The notes: generated by a model not told the origin, from the letters alone. 57,113 bases of DNA from Minisyncoccia bacterium (GCA_041485695.1 JBGPJZ010000003.1:1-57113); one strand, 5' to 3'; positions 36,889-46,966 are shown, counted from the first letter of the stretch. Translations and numbers: made by a program.

Positions 36889-38148
36889 TTACTCGAACGA
36901 TTCGGGGATGGGATGGACGAGAGCCATTGAGCGGATTTGTTTTCGGGCATTTGCGACGGTCTTTTTATCGCGCTTGGTGAGTACCTCGAGCATTATCTCG
37001 GCGACGCGGGCACAATCTTTCGCCTTGAAGCCGCGGGTTGTGAGTGCTGGGGTACCGAAGCGGATACCGGAGGGGTCCATCGGCTTACGCGTATCATCTG
37101 CGATTGCGTTCTTGTTGAGCGTGATGCCCGCTTCGTCTAAAAGCTTCTCCGCTTCACCACCCGAAATATTGAGCGAGGAAAATACATCGGCCAAGATAAG
37201 GTGATTATCCGTGCCGCCCGTCATGAGCCGCACCCCGCCCTTTTTAAAGACCTCCGCCATCGCCTTAGCATTTAGTACGACTTGTTTTGCATATTTTTTG
37301 AATGAAGGATCCAGTGCCTCACCAAACGCCACTGCCTTTGCCGCAATTTGGTGCATATGTGGCCCACCCTGGAAGCCCGGGAACACTGCCTTATCTACCT
37401 TTTTCGCGAGCTCTTCACTCTCTCGCACTAAGATGAGCCCGCCGCGCGGGCCACGCAAAGTCTTATGCGTCGTGGTCGTCATGAGGTCGAAACCGTAATC
37501 AAAAGGATTTTTTGCTGCGCCTCCGGCGATGAGCCCCGCGATATGCGCGACATCCGCCATCGAGTACGCCCCGACTTCTTTTGCGATACTCGCAATCTTC
37601 TTCCAATCTAATTCGCGTGGGTAGGCCGAGAAGCCGCCTAGGATGACCTTCGGCTTTTCTTTGAGCGCCGTCGCGCGAAGCGCGTCGTAGTCAATCTCGC
37701 CTGTCTCAACATTTTTCATCTTGTACCGGATGAAACGGAAGATTTTCGAGATGTAGGTCACCGGGTGGCCATGGGTCAGGTGCCCGCCGTGCGAGAGGTC
37801 CATGCCGAGGATGGTGTCGCCTGGCTCGCACATGGCGAAATAGGCCGCGATGTTGGCGTTTGCGCCGCCCAAAGGCTGCACGTTCGCAAACTTCGCGCCA
37901 AAAAGCTTTTTGGCGCGTTCAATCGCAAGCAGCTCTACCTTGTCGGTAAACTCTTGGCCGCCGTAGTAGCGTTTCCCCGGATACCCTTCAGAATATTTGT
38001 TCGTAAGCGAGGAGGCCATCGCCTCCTTCACCGCGCGCGAGACGTAATTCTCTGAAGGGATGAGCTCGAGCCCTTCTTTTTGCCGTTTCTCTTCGCCCAT
38101 CAAAAGGTCGTAGAGTTTCTTGTCTTCTTTTTTGATGTGCTCGTACAT
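36889..38148 (-). CDS. glyA: Serine hydroxymethyltransferase
   Basis: LIPSEN, EGYPGKRYYGG, TTTTHKTLRGPRGG, GIRFGTPALTTRG. Confidence 0.99.
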   Translation of the reverse strand: MYEHIKKEDKKLYDLLMGEEKRQKEGLELIPSENYVSRAVKEAMASSLTNKYSEGYPGKRYYGGQEFTDKVELLAIERAKKLFGAKFANVQPLGGANANIAAYFAMCEPGDTILGMDLSHGGHLTHGHPVTYISKIFRFIRYKMKNVETGEIDYDALRATALKEKPKVILGGFSAYPRELDWKKIASIAKEVGAYSMADVAHIAGLIAGGAAKNPFDYGFDLMTTTTHKTLRGPRGGLILVRESEELAKKVDKAVFPGFQGGPHMHQIAAKAVAFGEALDPSFKKYAKQVVLNAKAMAEVFKKGGVRLMTGGTDNHLILADVFSSLNISGGEAEKLLDEAGITLNKNAIADDTRKPMDPSGIRFGTPALTTRGFKAKDCARVAEIMLEVLTKRDKKTVANARKQIRSMALVHPIPESFE

Positions 38149-38154
38149 GCAAAT

Positions 38155-39162
38155 CTATTTTAAGCGCTTCTTCTTAGGTGCGTGGAGCTTCGGATTGTAG
38201 CCGCCCACGATCGCAAGCTCCGCCTTTATAGGCGGATGCGGGTTGTAGTTCACGAGCTCGACATGCTCGGGTCTGAACGTATCGGGCGATTTGAAATGGC
38301 GGGTGAATTTCACAGTCGGGAAAGGGCGCGGCCTGCGTGCAAGCTGTTCTCTCGCCTGCACCCGGTGGCTCTCATACACGTGAAGGTCACCGAAGGTGTG
38401 GATAAACTCCCCGGGCTTCCGCCCCAAAATCTTGGCGATGATGCAGGTCAAAAGCGCGTACGAGGCGATGTTGAAGGGTACGCCGAGAAAGATGTCGGCA
38501 GAACGTTGATAGAGTTGGAGGCACACCTTCCCGCGCTTTATATTGATCTGATACATATTGTGGCAAATGGGGAAACGCGCTCCCTTACCCGGTTTGGCCA
38601 TCGAATAGAGGAACTCCGGATTCCACGATGAGACGAGTGTGTTGTGTGCGTGGGGGTCTTTGCGAAGCTCCTCAATCACCCACGAAAGCTGGTCGATATT
38701 GCGCCCGTCGGAGGCAGGCCACGCCCGCCACATCTCGCCGTAGATGTGCGGCAGGTGTCCCCATCGTTTTGCGAACGCATCGTCTGTCTCAAGCCGCTGT
38801 ACGAACTCTTCCTTAAGGAGCTCCTTCCTGCCCTTCTTCTTCATCTGTTCGTTGTAGATGCGAAAGGGGTAATCATCCCAGATATGAACCCCTTCTCGCG
38901 CGAGGTAGCTGACATTCGTCTGCCCAGAAAGAAACCAGTAGAGCTCGTGCAAGACGCCCTTCCAAAATACTTTCTTGGTCGTGAGGACGGGGATGCCCTC
39001 GGACAGGTCGAAACGGATCTGCCGACCGAACACACTATAGGTGACTGCGCCCGTGCCGTGGTCAACCTGCTTCTCGCCCTTTTCGAGCGTCTCCTTCAAG
39101 AGGTCGAGATACTGGTATTCAGGATGGCGGCCTGCCCGCCTAGGAGGGTTATTTTTTGCCAC
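38155..39162 (-). CDS. thyA: Thymidylate synthase
   Basis: LTTKK, ELYWFLSG, FPICH, YQRSADIFLGVPFNIASY. Start set at GTG 39162. Confidence 0.96.
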   Translation of the reverse strand: MAKNNPPRRAGRHPEYQYLDLLKETLEKGEKQVDHGTGAVTYSVFGRQIRFDLSEGIPVLTTKKVFWKGVLHELYWFLSGQTNVSYLAREGVHIWDDYPFRIYNEQMKKKGRKELLKEEFVQRLETDDAFAKRWGHLPHIYGEMWRAWPASDGRNIDQLSWVIEELRKDPHAHNTLVSSWNPEFLYSMAKPGKGARFPICHNMYQINIKRGKVCLQLYQRSADIFLGVPFNIASYALLTCIIAKILGRKPGEFIHTFGDLHVYESHRVQAREQLARRPRPFPTVKFTRHFKSPDTFRPEHVELVNYNPHPPIKAELAIVGGYNPKLHAPKKKRLK

Positions 39163-39706
39163 GGCGTTTTTTCTCGGCGACAAAATGCTTCCAATTATTC
39201 CTGGCGAAACGGCCAGTGTCTTCATAGGTCTTTGAGGGCGGCGACGTGAGCATCGAAAAAGTGATTTGGGCAATCTTCATGCTGGGCCGGAGCACAATAG
39301 GGACATTGCTCTGGTTCGTTATCTCGAACGTGACGTTCAAGAAGTGTCCCGGGTTGATGATGCCCGCCGTGTTGTGCACCATGAGCCCGATACGCGCCAA
39401 GGACGACTTGCCATTCAACTGTATCAAGAAATAATTCGAGCCAAAGAACTCCTTCGAGGTCCCGAGGACGGAGATCCCCGGGTGGAGGATGTAGGGTTCT
39501 CCGTCTTTGATTGAGAACTGACGCGTCTTAGCGAAGATCTTTTTGACGGGGTCGATAAGATGCGTAGCCCCCTCGTCGTTCACGATGAATTTGTTGCCAA
39601 GGCAGATGTCGTAGCTCGCCTGCTGGAGCTGGTCCTCGTGAAAAGGCCGGAGGAGGATGCGCTTCGACTCAATCTCCCTCTTGATGTCGCGGTCAGAAAG
39701 AAACAT
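39149..39706 (-). CDS. dcd: dCTP deaminase
   Basis: LSDRDI, QQASYD, GKSSLARIGL, TFEITN. Confidence 0.88.
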   Translation of the reverse strand: MFLSDRDIKREIESKRILLRPFHEDQLQQASYDICLGNKFIVNDEGATHLIDPVKKIFAKTRQFSIKDGEPYILHPGISVLGTSKEFFGSNYFLIQLNGKSSLARIGLMVHNTAGIINPGHFLNVTFEITNQSNVPIVLRPSMKIAQITFSMLTSPPSKTYEDTGRFARNNWKHFVAEKKRRGKK

Positions 39707-39715
39707 GGACGTTGA

Positions 39716-40279
39716 TTATACCTGGCGCTCCTCGCCGTGCGAGACTCGGCCGCCCTGGTGCTGGCCGCGATATGCGATCGTCTCGCCCTCGATCGTATGA
39801 AAGACGATGTTGCAGATGCGCGCACCAAGCTGGAGCTTGACGAGAAATGGCCCAAGATTGGTGAGCCCTAGCGTGAGCTGCCCTTTGTAGCCCGGGTCAG
39901 TTTTGGTAACAAGGAGGAGGAGCCCGGCGCGAAAAAGCGAGCTCCGTGGATAGAGCATCGGCATGAGGTCGAGCGGCGTATTAATCGTTTCGGCTGTTTG
40001 CACGAGATAATACTCGCCCGGCGCGACCACAAGCTCGTCTTGCACATCACCTTCTTTCAGTTTGAAAATCTCTTCGGTCTTCACGCCGTGCCGCCGGCCG
40101 AGGCCGGCGGCACCGTCGGCCTCAATGTACGCGCCACCCTCCACAATCTTATGAACAGCACCGAGCCGCAAATCAATACCGGTGCCTTCAGGAGCTGACA
40201 AATCGCGGCCACCAAGACCGGTGATAAGATCTTCTTCTTTGATTCTTCGTACGACCTCGTGGATGCCGATAACGGACAT
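39716..40279 (-). CDS. Trimeric dUTPase/dCTP-deaminase superfamily protein, probably dUTPase
   Basis: GIDLRL, PRSSLFRAG, TDPGYKGQL. Confidence 0.8.
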   Translation of the reverse strand: MSVIGIHEVVRRIKEEDLITGLGGRDLSAPEGTGIDLRLGAVHKIVEGGAYIEADGAAGLGRRHGVKTEEIFKLKEGDVQDELVVAPGEYYLVQTAETINTPLDLMPMLYPRSSLFRAGLLLLVTKTDPGYKGQLTLGLTNLGPFLVKLQLGARICNIVFHTIEGETIAYRGQHQGGRVSHGEERQV

Positions 40280-40297
40280 CCTGCTAGTATACCCAAG

Positions 40298-40840
40298 ATG
40301 AATAGAAAGGAGGATATTGACAGAGAGCCGAAAAATCCCCGAATAAGCAGCGTGGTTGCCTTAGGGAGAGATGGCCAGCATAACCGCGTTATTGGCAAGA
40401 ATAACGAGCTTTTATGGCATATTCCGGACGATCTCAAACGCTTCAAGGTCTTGACCCTCGGGCACCCGGTTATCATGGGCCGCAAGACCTTCGAATCGAT
40501 TATTTCCGTGCTCGGCAAAGCTCTCCCTGGTCGCACCAATATCGTCGTTACGCGAGACGCGGAGTGGTCGTATCCTGATGTGCTCGTTGCGTACTCGCTT
40601 GAAGAAGCGTTGGCAAAAGCCAGAGAACTTGATCGTGAAGAAATTTTTATCGGTGGCGGCACACAGATTTATGAGCAAGCACTGCCCTTTGTAGACCGCC
40701 TTTATCTCACTCTTATAGATGACGAAAAAGAAGGCGATTCATTCTTTCCTCCGTACGAAACCGAATTTACGAAAATAATCTCCGACGAATCGCGCGAATG
40801 GACTGGCCTCAACTACCGCTGGCTTACCCTAGAACGTTAG
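40298..40840 (+). CDS. folA: Dihydrofolate reductase
   Basis: VIGKNNELLWHIPDDLKRFK, IMGRKTFES, LPGRTNIVVT, IGGGTQIY. Confidence 0.96.
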   Translation: MNRKEDIDREPKNPRISSVVALGRDGQHNRVIGKNNELLWHIPDDLKRFKVLTLGHPVIMGRKTFESIISVLGKALPGRTNIVVTRDAEWSYPDVLVAYSLEEALAKARELDREEIFIGGGTQIYEQALPFVDRLYLTLIDDEKEGDSFFPPYETEFTKIISDESREWTGLNYRWLTLER

Positions 40841-41568
40841 CGGCGTCGCCACTTACGTCCAGCGAAAAGAAGCGGAGCGAAAAGGTCGTCTTCAGGCGGA
40901 ACGACAAGCTGGTCTTTCGCGTGCGAACGGTTCTTAAAGACGATATTTTTGGTACCGCGCAAAACAACGATCGGGGTCTTTTCAGTTCCTTCGCCCATTT
41001 CGAGTACTGCAGTAGCTGCAAGAGCATCCGCAAGATTTGCCATTTCTATCTCGAACGAGCGACCGAAAAGATCCGGAGTCCCGCGATAATCTCGAAGCGG
41101 GTCGAATCCATCCCACGCGAGTGCGAATCCGACTGCCCCGCGACGGAGCGGCAAGCTCGTCGAGTCGGTGATGACGAGGCCGAGTCTTTTGACCCCATAT
41201 GCTTTCATAAAATGACGACGTAGACTTTTCGCACTGTGGAAAGGATCTTTGGGATAAAGGACGTAGTGACCGTTCCCATTGCTTTCATCGATGCCAGCTG
41301 AGCCGACCAACATACCTCGCGCAAGAGTAAAAAGTCGCCGATATCGAGAGCGTAATGGCTTAAAATACATATCCGCCTCGGCACGAATGAGATTCTGCTT
41401 GTTTGCGTCTTTTACAGGAATGCAGCGACCCTCATCGATACTTACGACCTTTGAGGCAATCACCAAAATGTCGCCGTCTTTAAGGGAGAGCCGGGACGCG
41501 CGGATTGCTTGGAAGAGATCGTCCTTAGGCGGGATAAGAGGCCGGAGTTTGTAGGAGAGCACCTGCAT
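40837..41568 (-). CDS. CofE-family gamma-glutamyl ligase (F420-0:glutamate ligase/FolC2-like)
   Basis: IASKVVS, AGIDESN, ITDS, PDLFGR, ADALAA...MGEG.EKTPI. Confidence 0.85.
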   Translation of the reverse strand: MQVLSYKLRPLIPPKDDLFQAIRASRLSLKDGDILVIASKVVSIDEGRCIPVKDANKQNLIRAEADMYFKPLRSRYRRLFTLARGMLVGSAGIDESNGNGHYVLYPKDPFHSAKSLRRHFMKAYGVKRLGLVITDSTSLPLRRGAVGFALAWDGFDPLRDYRGTPDLFGRSFEIEMANLADALAATAVLEMGEGTEKTPIVVLRGTKNIVFKNRSHAKDQLVVPPEDDLFAPLLFAGRKWRRR

Positions 41569-41583
41569 AGCGGCCGGTCATAC

Positions 41584-42003
41584 TTACTTGACGTCGATGC
41601 CCATGGAGCGGGCGGTGCCGGCAATGAGACGCTCGGCAGCTTCGAGGGAGCCCGCATTGAGGTCCGGCATCTTTTCCTCGGCAATTTGCTTCACTTGCGC
41701 TTTCGTGATTGAACCGGCTTTTTCAACGGGCGTTTTGCCCGAACCCTTTTCAAGGCCTGCCGCTTTCAAGATGAGGCGCGAGGCAGGCGAGGTCTTGAGG
41801 ACGAAGCTGAATGAGCGGTCGTCGAAGACCGAGAGGTCGACGGGGATAATCGAACCGATTTTATCTTTGGTCGCCTCATTAAACTGGGTCACGAATTGGC
41901 CGATATTGATGCCGGCCGGACCAAGCACAGTGCCGACCGGGGGCGCAGGGGTAGCCTTCCCTGCCGGGAGCTGGAGTTTAATCTTTTTAACGACTTGAGC
42001 CAT
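41584..42003 (-). CDS. rplK: 50S ribosomal protein L11
   Basis: [19 protein letters not shown]. Confidence 0.99.
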   Translation of the reverse strand: MAQVVKKIKLQLPAGKATPAPPVGTVLGPAGINIGQFVTQFNEATKDKIGSIIPVDLSVFDDRSFSFVLKTSPASRLILKAAGLEKGSGKTPVEKAGSITKAQVKQIAEEKMPDLNAGSLEAAERLIAGTARSMGIDVK

Positions 42004-42019
42004 AGGGGTTGAGACTACC

Positions 42020-42664
42020 TTAGAGCTTGCGAACTTGCAAAAAGTCGAGCTCGACAGGCGTCTCGCGGCCGAACATCGAGACCATCACCTTGACCTTGCC
42101 GCGATCCTCATCAATATCGCCGACCTTGCCCTCAAGGTCCTTAAAGGGCCCGTCAGCGATAACGACCGGGTCGTCTTTAACGAGGTCAATTTTGTGCTTC
42201 GGCGCTTCGGCCTTCATCCGTTTCATAAGCGTCGCCACCTCGGCTTCGTCCATCGGCACCGGAGTCGTGCCGCTCCCGACAAAGCCCGTCACTCTTGGGG
42301 TGTTGCGAACGACAAACCATGAGTCGTCGTCGACAATCATGCGCACTAAGATGTAGCCAGGATAGATCTTCTCCTCCTCGACAATGCGCTTCCCTGCTTT
42401 GACGCGGATCTTTTTCTCGGTAGGGACGATAACGCTGAAGATCTTGTCTTCCATGCCGAGAGAATCGATGCGCTGTTTCAAGTTGCGTTCGACCGCGTTC
42501 TCATACCCTGCGTAGGTGTGGATGGCGTACCACCGTGCATCTTCAGGGTTCGGCTTCGTTTCATCCTTAACTACTTTGACAACGCCTGGCGCTATGTCGG
42601 CCATCCCGATTTCTTCAAGGAGCTCCTCTGTCGATTCGCCACTGTGAATTGGGTGTTCGTCCAT
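42020..42664 (-). CDS. nusG: Transcription factor NusG with acidic N-terminal extension
   Basis: [46 protein letters not shown]. Confidence 0.97.
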   Translation of the reverse strand: MDEHPIHSGESTEELLEEIGMADIAPGVVKVVKDETKPNPEDARWYAIHTYAGYENAVERNLKQRIDSLGMEDKIFSVIVPTEKKIRVKAGKRIVEEEKIYPGYILVRMIVDDDSWFVVRNTPRVTGFVGSGTTPVPMDEAEVATLMKRMKAEAPKHKIDLVKDDPVVIADGPFKDLEGKVGDIDEDRGKVKVMVSMFGRETPVELDFLQVRKL

Positions 42665-42668
42665 ACGC

Positions 42669-42845
42669 TTAAGCGCCAATGACGCGGCTTACCACGAGGC
42701 CAAAGCCGTAGTCGAGAATGCCAACCAGCGCAGCGATGGCAAGCGCGATGCCGATGACGACAAGCGTGTGGGCGACCGCTGTATACGTCGAAGGCCACGC
42801 GACGTGGACGAGCTCCGAGCGAACGTGTTTTAAGTAATCCAACAT
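42669..42845 (-). CDS. secE: Preprotein translocase SecE (58 aa, not in ORF track)
   Basis: MLDYLKHVRSELVHVAWPS...GILDYGF, directly upstream of nusG. Confidence 0.92.
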   Translation of the reverse strand: MLDYLKHVRSELVHVAWPSTYTAVAHTLVVIGIALAIAALVGILDYGFGLVVSRVIGA

Positions 42846-42889
42846 AAATGTGAGGTATTAAAAAACCCCTGCGGGGTTCGATACCCAGC

Positions 42890-42918
42890 ATCATAGTATG
42901 TGGCGTGCGCGGCGTCAA
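42890..42918 (-). promoter_or_regulatory. Promoter of secE-nusG-rplK, TTGACG-N17-TATGAT
   Basis: Near-consensus hexamers with a 17-nt spacer. Confidence 0.75.
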
Positions 42919-42935
42919 GCCTACCGGCAGGCAGG

Positions 42936-43739
42936 CTACCGGATCTCGTAGGTAATTGAGACGTTCGAGCTGTATTCGTTCTCACCCACCGGGATTTGCG
43001 GAGCAGGCGCGCTGTCGGCTGACACTCCTCCGCCCTTGCCATACATTGCGTAGATTGGATAATTGCCGCCCTCAGAGAAGTTCACGATGCGTACGAGGCG
43101 TACGCCAAGTTCTTTTGCGAGCTCATTGGCTTGTGCTTTCGCATCAGTAATCGCCTTAGTACGCGCTTGATTCTGCACCGAGGTCGGGTCATCAAGAGCA
43201 AAGTCAGGTCCATTTACATTCTGTACGTTTTGCTTGCCGAGCCCGGCAAGGAGGGTGCTCACTTTGATGAGATTGCGCACCGTAATCTGCATCGTCTCCG
43301 CTACTTGGTACCCCGTGATTTTCGGAGAATTGTCGTAGTACTGGGGGCAGAGCGACCCTGCGGGGCACGGGTTCGGGTACGCGTATTGCGGTGAAATGCT
43401 GTAGGAGAGCGTCTTCACGTCTTTTTCGGCAACCCCCTGCCCTTTCACGTACTCGATCGCGGCGTTGGCTTGTTTGGTGGTCGCATCCTGCGCGTCTGAA
43501 ACGGTTGCGGCCGTATGCTGTACGGTAAAGGTGACATGGGCGATGTCGGGCGGCGCCATCACCGAACCGGTACCAGAAACGGTGACGGTGTTCATCGCCG
43601 GTGTCTGCGGCCGCCCGACTTCGCCCAAGCCAGTAAGCGTCTCAACGAGCAAGAATAGGCCGAGCATTGAGAGGGCGGCGACTGCGGCCCATTCGATATG
43701 CTTTGGCGGTGAAATATGCAGAGTTTTTTCTTCGTTCAT
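42936..43739 (-). CDS. SIMPL (DUF541) domain protein
   Basis: TVTVSGTGSVMAPPD, AITDAKAQANELAKELGVRL, VSITYEIR. Confidence 0.92.
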   Translation of the reverse strand: MNEEKTLHISPPKHIEWAAVAALSMLGLFLLVETLTGLGEVGRPQTPAMNTVTVSGTGSVMAPPDIAHVTFTVQHTAATVSDAQDATTKQANAAIEYVKGQGVAEKDVKTLSYSISPQYAYPNPCPAGSLCPQYYDNSPKITGYQVAETMQITVRNLIKVSTLLAGLGKQNVQNVNGPDFALDDPTSVQNQARTKAITDAKAQANELAKELGVRLVRIVNFSEGGNYPIYAMYGKGGGVSADSAPAPQIPVGENEYSSNVSITYEIR

Positions 43740-43755
43740 ATAAAGATAGTTATGG

Positions 43756-44415
43756 TTAATTCCCTTGCAGGGTTGCCAGGAGCGCCCGCAAATCTTGATT
43801 GGCCGGTAGCTTACTTACATCCAGCGCTGGATCTGTCCAATTCGTGACGTTGCGGCTTTGAGCGTCAAAGCGCAGCACGTCATTCTCTCTCGAGAGATAA
43901 TACGTGGTCATGACCACTCCTTCAAATCGCCCCAGGTTCACAAGCGAAAAGCGGTGTTGATGTTGTACGTCGCCAATCGTAACCGAAGTGAATGCAGTCG
44001 GGGGAGCGGGCATTCCTGATGCATCCATAATTGCGTTCTGATGAATGAAGTCGGCTGCCGTAGTCGAAGCAGTGAGTGCGAACTTGCGGATGTAAATGTA
44101 ACTTTCAAGACCGGAGGGATCCGTTTTCATATAGGCAGCGACGGTTGCGTCGTCCGGTGGCGTAGTCGGGGTGTAGCCCGCTGGTAGCGCGAAGGCGATT
44201 TGAGCGTCAGGGAATTCGACGTTGGGAGGTGGACATGCCGGGAAGGCACAAGAAGGACCGGTACGCCCCAAACCGGTGCCGTCAGGGCACAACTTAGCAT
44301 CCGCAGTACACGCAACGGGCCCTGTCGGCTGTTCTGTAATGCTCCGGTAAAAAAATCCGGCGATACCGAGTAACATGACGAGTATGATGCCAGCAGCGAG
44401 ACCTTTCCCATTCAT
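43756..44415 (-). CDS. Secreted hypothetical protein with Cys-rich CTADAKLCPDG...CAFPACP motif
   Basis: N-terminal TM and a four-Cys motif. Start set at MNGKG. Confidence 0.8.
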   Translation of the reverse strand: MNGKGLAAGIILVMLLGIAGFFYRSITEQPTGPVACTADAKLCPDGTGLGRTGPSCAFPACPPPNVEFPDAQIAFALPAGYTPTTPPDDATVAAYMKTDPSGLESYIYIRKFALTASTTAADFIHQNAIMDASGMPAPPTAFTSVTIGDVQHQHRFSLVNLGRFEGVVMTTYYLSRENDVLRFDAQSRNVTNWTDPALDVSKLPANQDLRALLATLQGN

Positions 44416-44499
44416 TAATGTAGAGTATACCAAAATCTTTCCAAAGGCGTACCAATGCGGGCATGCTGCAAAAATACAGTCACCCCGTTCCTTATTTTT

Positions 44500-44573
44500 G
44501 GGCGGCTACCGGGAATCGAACCCGAATCGAGAGCTCCACAAGCTCCAGTGTTAACCGTTACACCATAGCCGCC
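44500..44573 (-). tRNA. tRNA-His(GTG)
   Basis: Cloverleaf with G-1:C73, loop TT-GTG-GA, GGTTCGATTCC. Confidence 0.92.
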
Positions 44574-44659
44574 ATGTTCTGAATCGCGACGTGTCTACAC
44601 CCGCCACCATACGCATTCGCGAGAGACGCGAAGTACGGCTTAGTTATAACACAGAACGT

Positions 44660-45193
44660 TTATTTGTAACTCGGATTCTCTTCGGGAACGCCTGACGTGT
44701 GATTCGCAAGGCGCGCAAGGGCGAAGAGCAAGGAGGAGAGGCGATTTAGATACGCACGGGTATGCTCGTTCACCGCGCGGAGTCTCGCGTCGTAGACGCC
44801 CACAACGCGCCGCTCCGCGCGCCTCGCCAAGGTGCGAGCGACATCAAGCAGAGCCGAGAGCTCAGTCCCGCCTGCGATCGAGAACGACCGGAGCGGAGGG
44901 AGCTCTTCTTCGATTGCATTCGTCATATCTTCAAGCTCTTTGACTTTGAGCTCATCCACTTTCTTCGGAGCGCCGCCCATTTCAGCTTGCACGATGAAAA
45001 GTGTCTCTTGCACGCCGCGCAGCGTTGTGGCGATATCAGGCGGCGCTTTCACCTTGCACAACCCGACGAATGAATTGAGTTCGTCCAGCGTGCCCAAGGC
45101 TTCGGGGAGTTCAGACGACTTCGAGATGCGCTGCTGGTCGCAGCCGAAGGCCGTTGTTGTCCCGCTATCGCCCTTGCCGGTAAACAAGGCCAT
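44660..45193 (-). CDS. PduO-type cob(I)alamin adenosyltransferase
   Basis: FTGKGDSGTT, GTLDELNS, RTLARRAERR, YLNRLSS. Confidence 0.92.
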   Translation of the reverse strand: MALFTGKGDSGTTTAFGCDQQRISKSSELPEALGTLDELNSFVGLCKVKAPPDIATTLRGVQETLFIVQAEMGGAPKKVDELKVKELEDMTNAIEEELPPLRSFSIAGGTELSALLDVARTLARRAERRVVGVYDARLRAVNEHTRAYLNRLSSLLFALARLANHTSGVPEENPSYK

Positions 45194-45205
45194 AGACGCT
45201 ATCGG

Positions 45206-45610
45206 TTACCACGGCCACCACGCGAGCACAAGCGCCGCCAAGAGGATAGCAATGAGGTAATGCGAGACATTAATGAGGTAGAGCTGGAGCGAGCGGCCCT
45301 CGTACCAGACCGAGTTGAGCATCACGGTTGCAATAAAGCCGAGCCAAATCCAAAACGCAATCGTGAGCGCAAGCGACACCGTCGTGACACCCATCATTTG
45401 AAAGATGTTCGCAAGGACAAAGGTGAGCACGAGTGTGGCAATGAAGCCGCCACTCATCGACTTTACAAAGGTCGTGCCAGGTACGCCCATTGACCCCTCG
45501 GGGACACCCATGAGCTGCCGCCACTGCTTGCCAAACAATGGGCCGTACCACAAGGCACCAACGGCAAAAGCTAAGATTGCCGAGACCAAGATCGCGAGAT
45601 AATTAATCAT
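45206..45610 (-). CDS. DUF1761-like membrane protein
   Basis: FAVGALWYGPLFGKQW, LYLINVSH. Four TMs. Confidence 0.85.
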   Translation of the reverse strand: MINYLAILVSAILAFAVGALWYGPLFGKQWRQLMGVPEGSMGVPGTTFVKSMSGGFIATLVLTFVLANIFQMMGVTTVSLALTIAFWIWLGFIATVMLNSVWYEGRSLQLYLINVSHYLIAILLAALVLAWWPW

Positions 45611-45648
45611 GATGAAAGGTTAGAAGATAACCCTTTCAGTATACCAAG

Positions 45649-45732
45649 TGCGCAGGAGAGGACTCGAACCTCCAATCCCTTGCGGGAGCTACCACCTCAA
45701 GGTAGTGCGTCTACCAATTTCGCCACCTGCGC
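45649..45732 (-). tRNA. tRNA-Leu(GAG)
   Basis: Long variable arm, ctacc-TT-GAG-GT-ggtag. Confidence 0.95.
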
Positions 45733-45757
45733 GTAAGCGCACTATAACAAACTTCGA

Positions 45758-46252
45758 TTAAGCCGCTACTTCTTCTTTAGTAACTTCAGGCTCTGCTACG
45801 GGTGTTTCGGGAGTTGCTTCAACAGGCGCCTCGGGTTGGGCGATGGTTTCATCGCTTTCAAGATTCATTTGGCGCGCATTACGAAGCTGGCGCTTCACCT
45901 CTTTCGCGGCCTTTTCGCGTATGAAATAGAGCTTGGCGCGGCGAACCTTCGAGCGGCGAACGATCTCGATTGAGTCAATCGCCGGCGAATAGAGCGGAAA
46001 GGTCTTCTCTACCCCGACGCCCGAGAGCGTGGTACGCACCGTAAACATGGCTCCCGCTTCGGTGCCGTGCTTCACCGAAAGCACGAGCCCCTCGAAAGCT
46101 TGTGTGCGGGCGGTCTTCGTGACCTTCTCCTTTTTGTCGGTGCCGCGACCTTTCTTAAGCTCAATAATTTTTTGGATGACGCGCACGGTGTCGCCTGGGC
46201 GTATCCCAAGCGTTCGACGGCCCTCGATATTCACTGGCGACACGACTTTCAT
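45758..46252 (-). CDS. rplS: 50S ribosomal protein L19
   Basis: [36 protein letters not shown]. Start approximate (46252 or 46264). Confidence 0.97.
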   Translation of the reverse strand: MKVVSPVNIEGRRTLGIRPGDTVRVIQKIIELKKGRGTDKKEKVTKTARTQAFEGLVLSVKHGTEAGAMFTVRTTLSGVGVEKTFPLYSPAIDSIEIVRRSKVRRAKLYFIREKAAKEVKRQLRNARQMNLESDETIAQPEAPVEATPETPVAEPEVTKEEVAA

Positions 46253-46263
46253 GTTGCGAGACA

Positions 46264-46941
46264 TTACCACGACGCTTGCGCCCCCGCAAATTTCGCAAAG
46301 ATCGGCTTCAAGTCAGCAGGGACGGGTGCGGTGATTTCTTTCCGGCCACCCCCAGGTAGCGGGAGGTCGATCCGGTATGCGTGAAGGCCGAGACGGTTTA
46401 GGTTGAGAGAATCAGGATTATTAGGCGCGTACAGCGGGTCGCCGACGATGGGGTGATGTATCGCTTTAAGGTGCACGCGAATCTGGTGCGTACGGCCGGT
46501 CTCGGGCATGACTTTAAGGAGCGAGTGGGCGCCATCGTCGCCCAACACTTCGTACCGTGTCACCGCCGCGCGCAAGCGCCCGCGCGCCTTCGGCTGCGCG
46601 GAGCGCAAGCGAAAATCCCTGCGTGAGCGGCCGATATCAAAATCAATAATGCCCTTTTTCTCTTTCAACACTCCGTACACCAGCGCGAGGTACGTCTTCT
46701 TCACCTCGTGCTTTTGAAACGCATCTTTCAGAAAGGTCAGTGCGGCTTGATTCTTTGCAAAAACCAGGACGCCAGAAGTGTCGCGATCGAGCCGATGGGC
46801 ATACCCGCCTTCGTGATGTCTCTTTGAAAACCAATCTGCGGCCGTCTCTTCTTTTGTGCGGCCATCGGGGTGCGTCATGAGCCCCGCGGGCTTATCGGCC
46901 GCGAGGATATCAGCGTCTTCATAGAGTATGGGCAGCTCCAT
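46264..46941 (-). CDS. RluA-family pseudouridine synthase
   Basis: [29 protein letters not shown]. Confidence 0.95.
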   Translation of the reverse strand: MELPILYEDADILAADKPAGLMTHPDGRTKEETAADWFSKRHHEGGYAHRLDRDTSGVLVFAKNQAALTFLKDAFQKHEVKKTYLALVYGVLKEKKGIIDFDIGRSRRDFRLRSAQPKARGRLRAAVTRYEVLGDDGAHSLLKVMPETGRTHQIRVHLKAIHHPIVGDPLYAPNNPDSLNLNRLGLHAYRIDLPLPGGGRKEITAPVPADLKPIFAKFAGAQASW

Positions 46942-46966
46942 CCTCTTACCCTAACATCTCTCTCGA

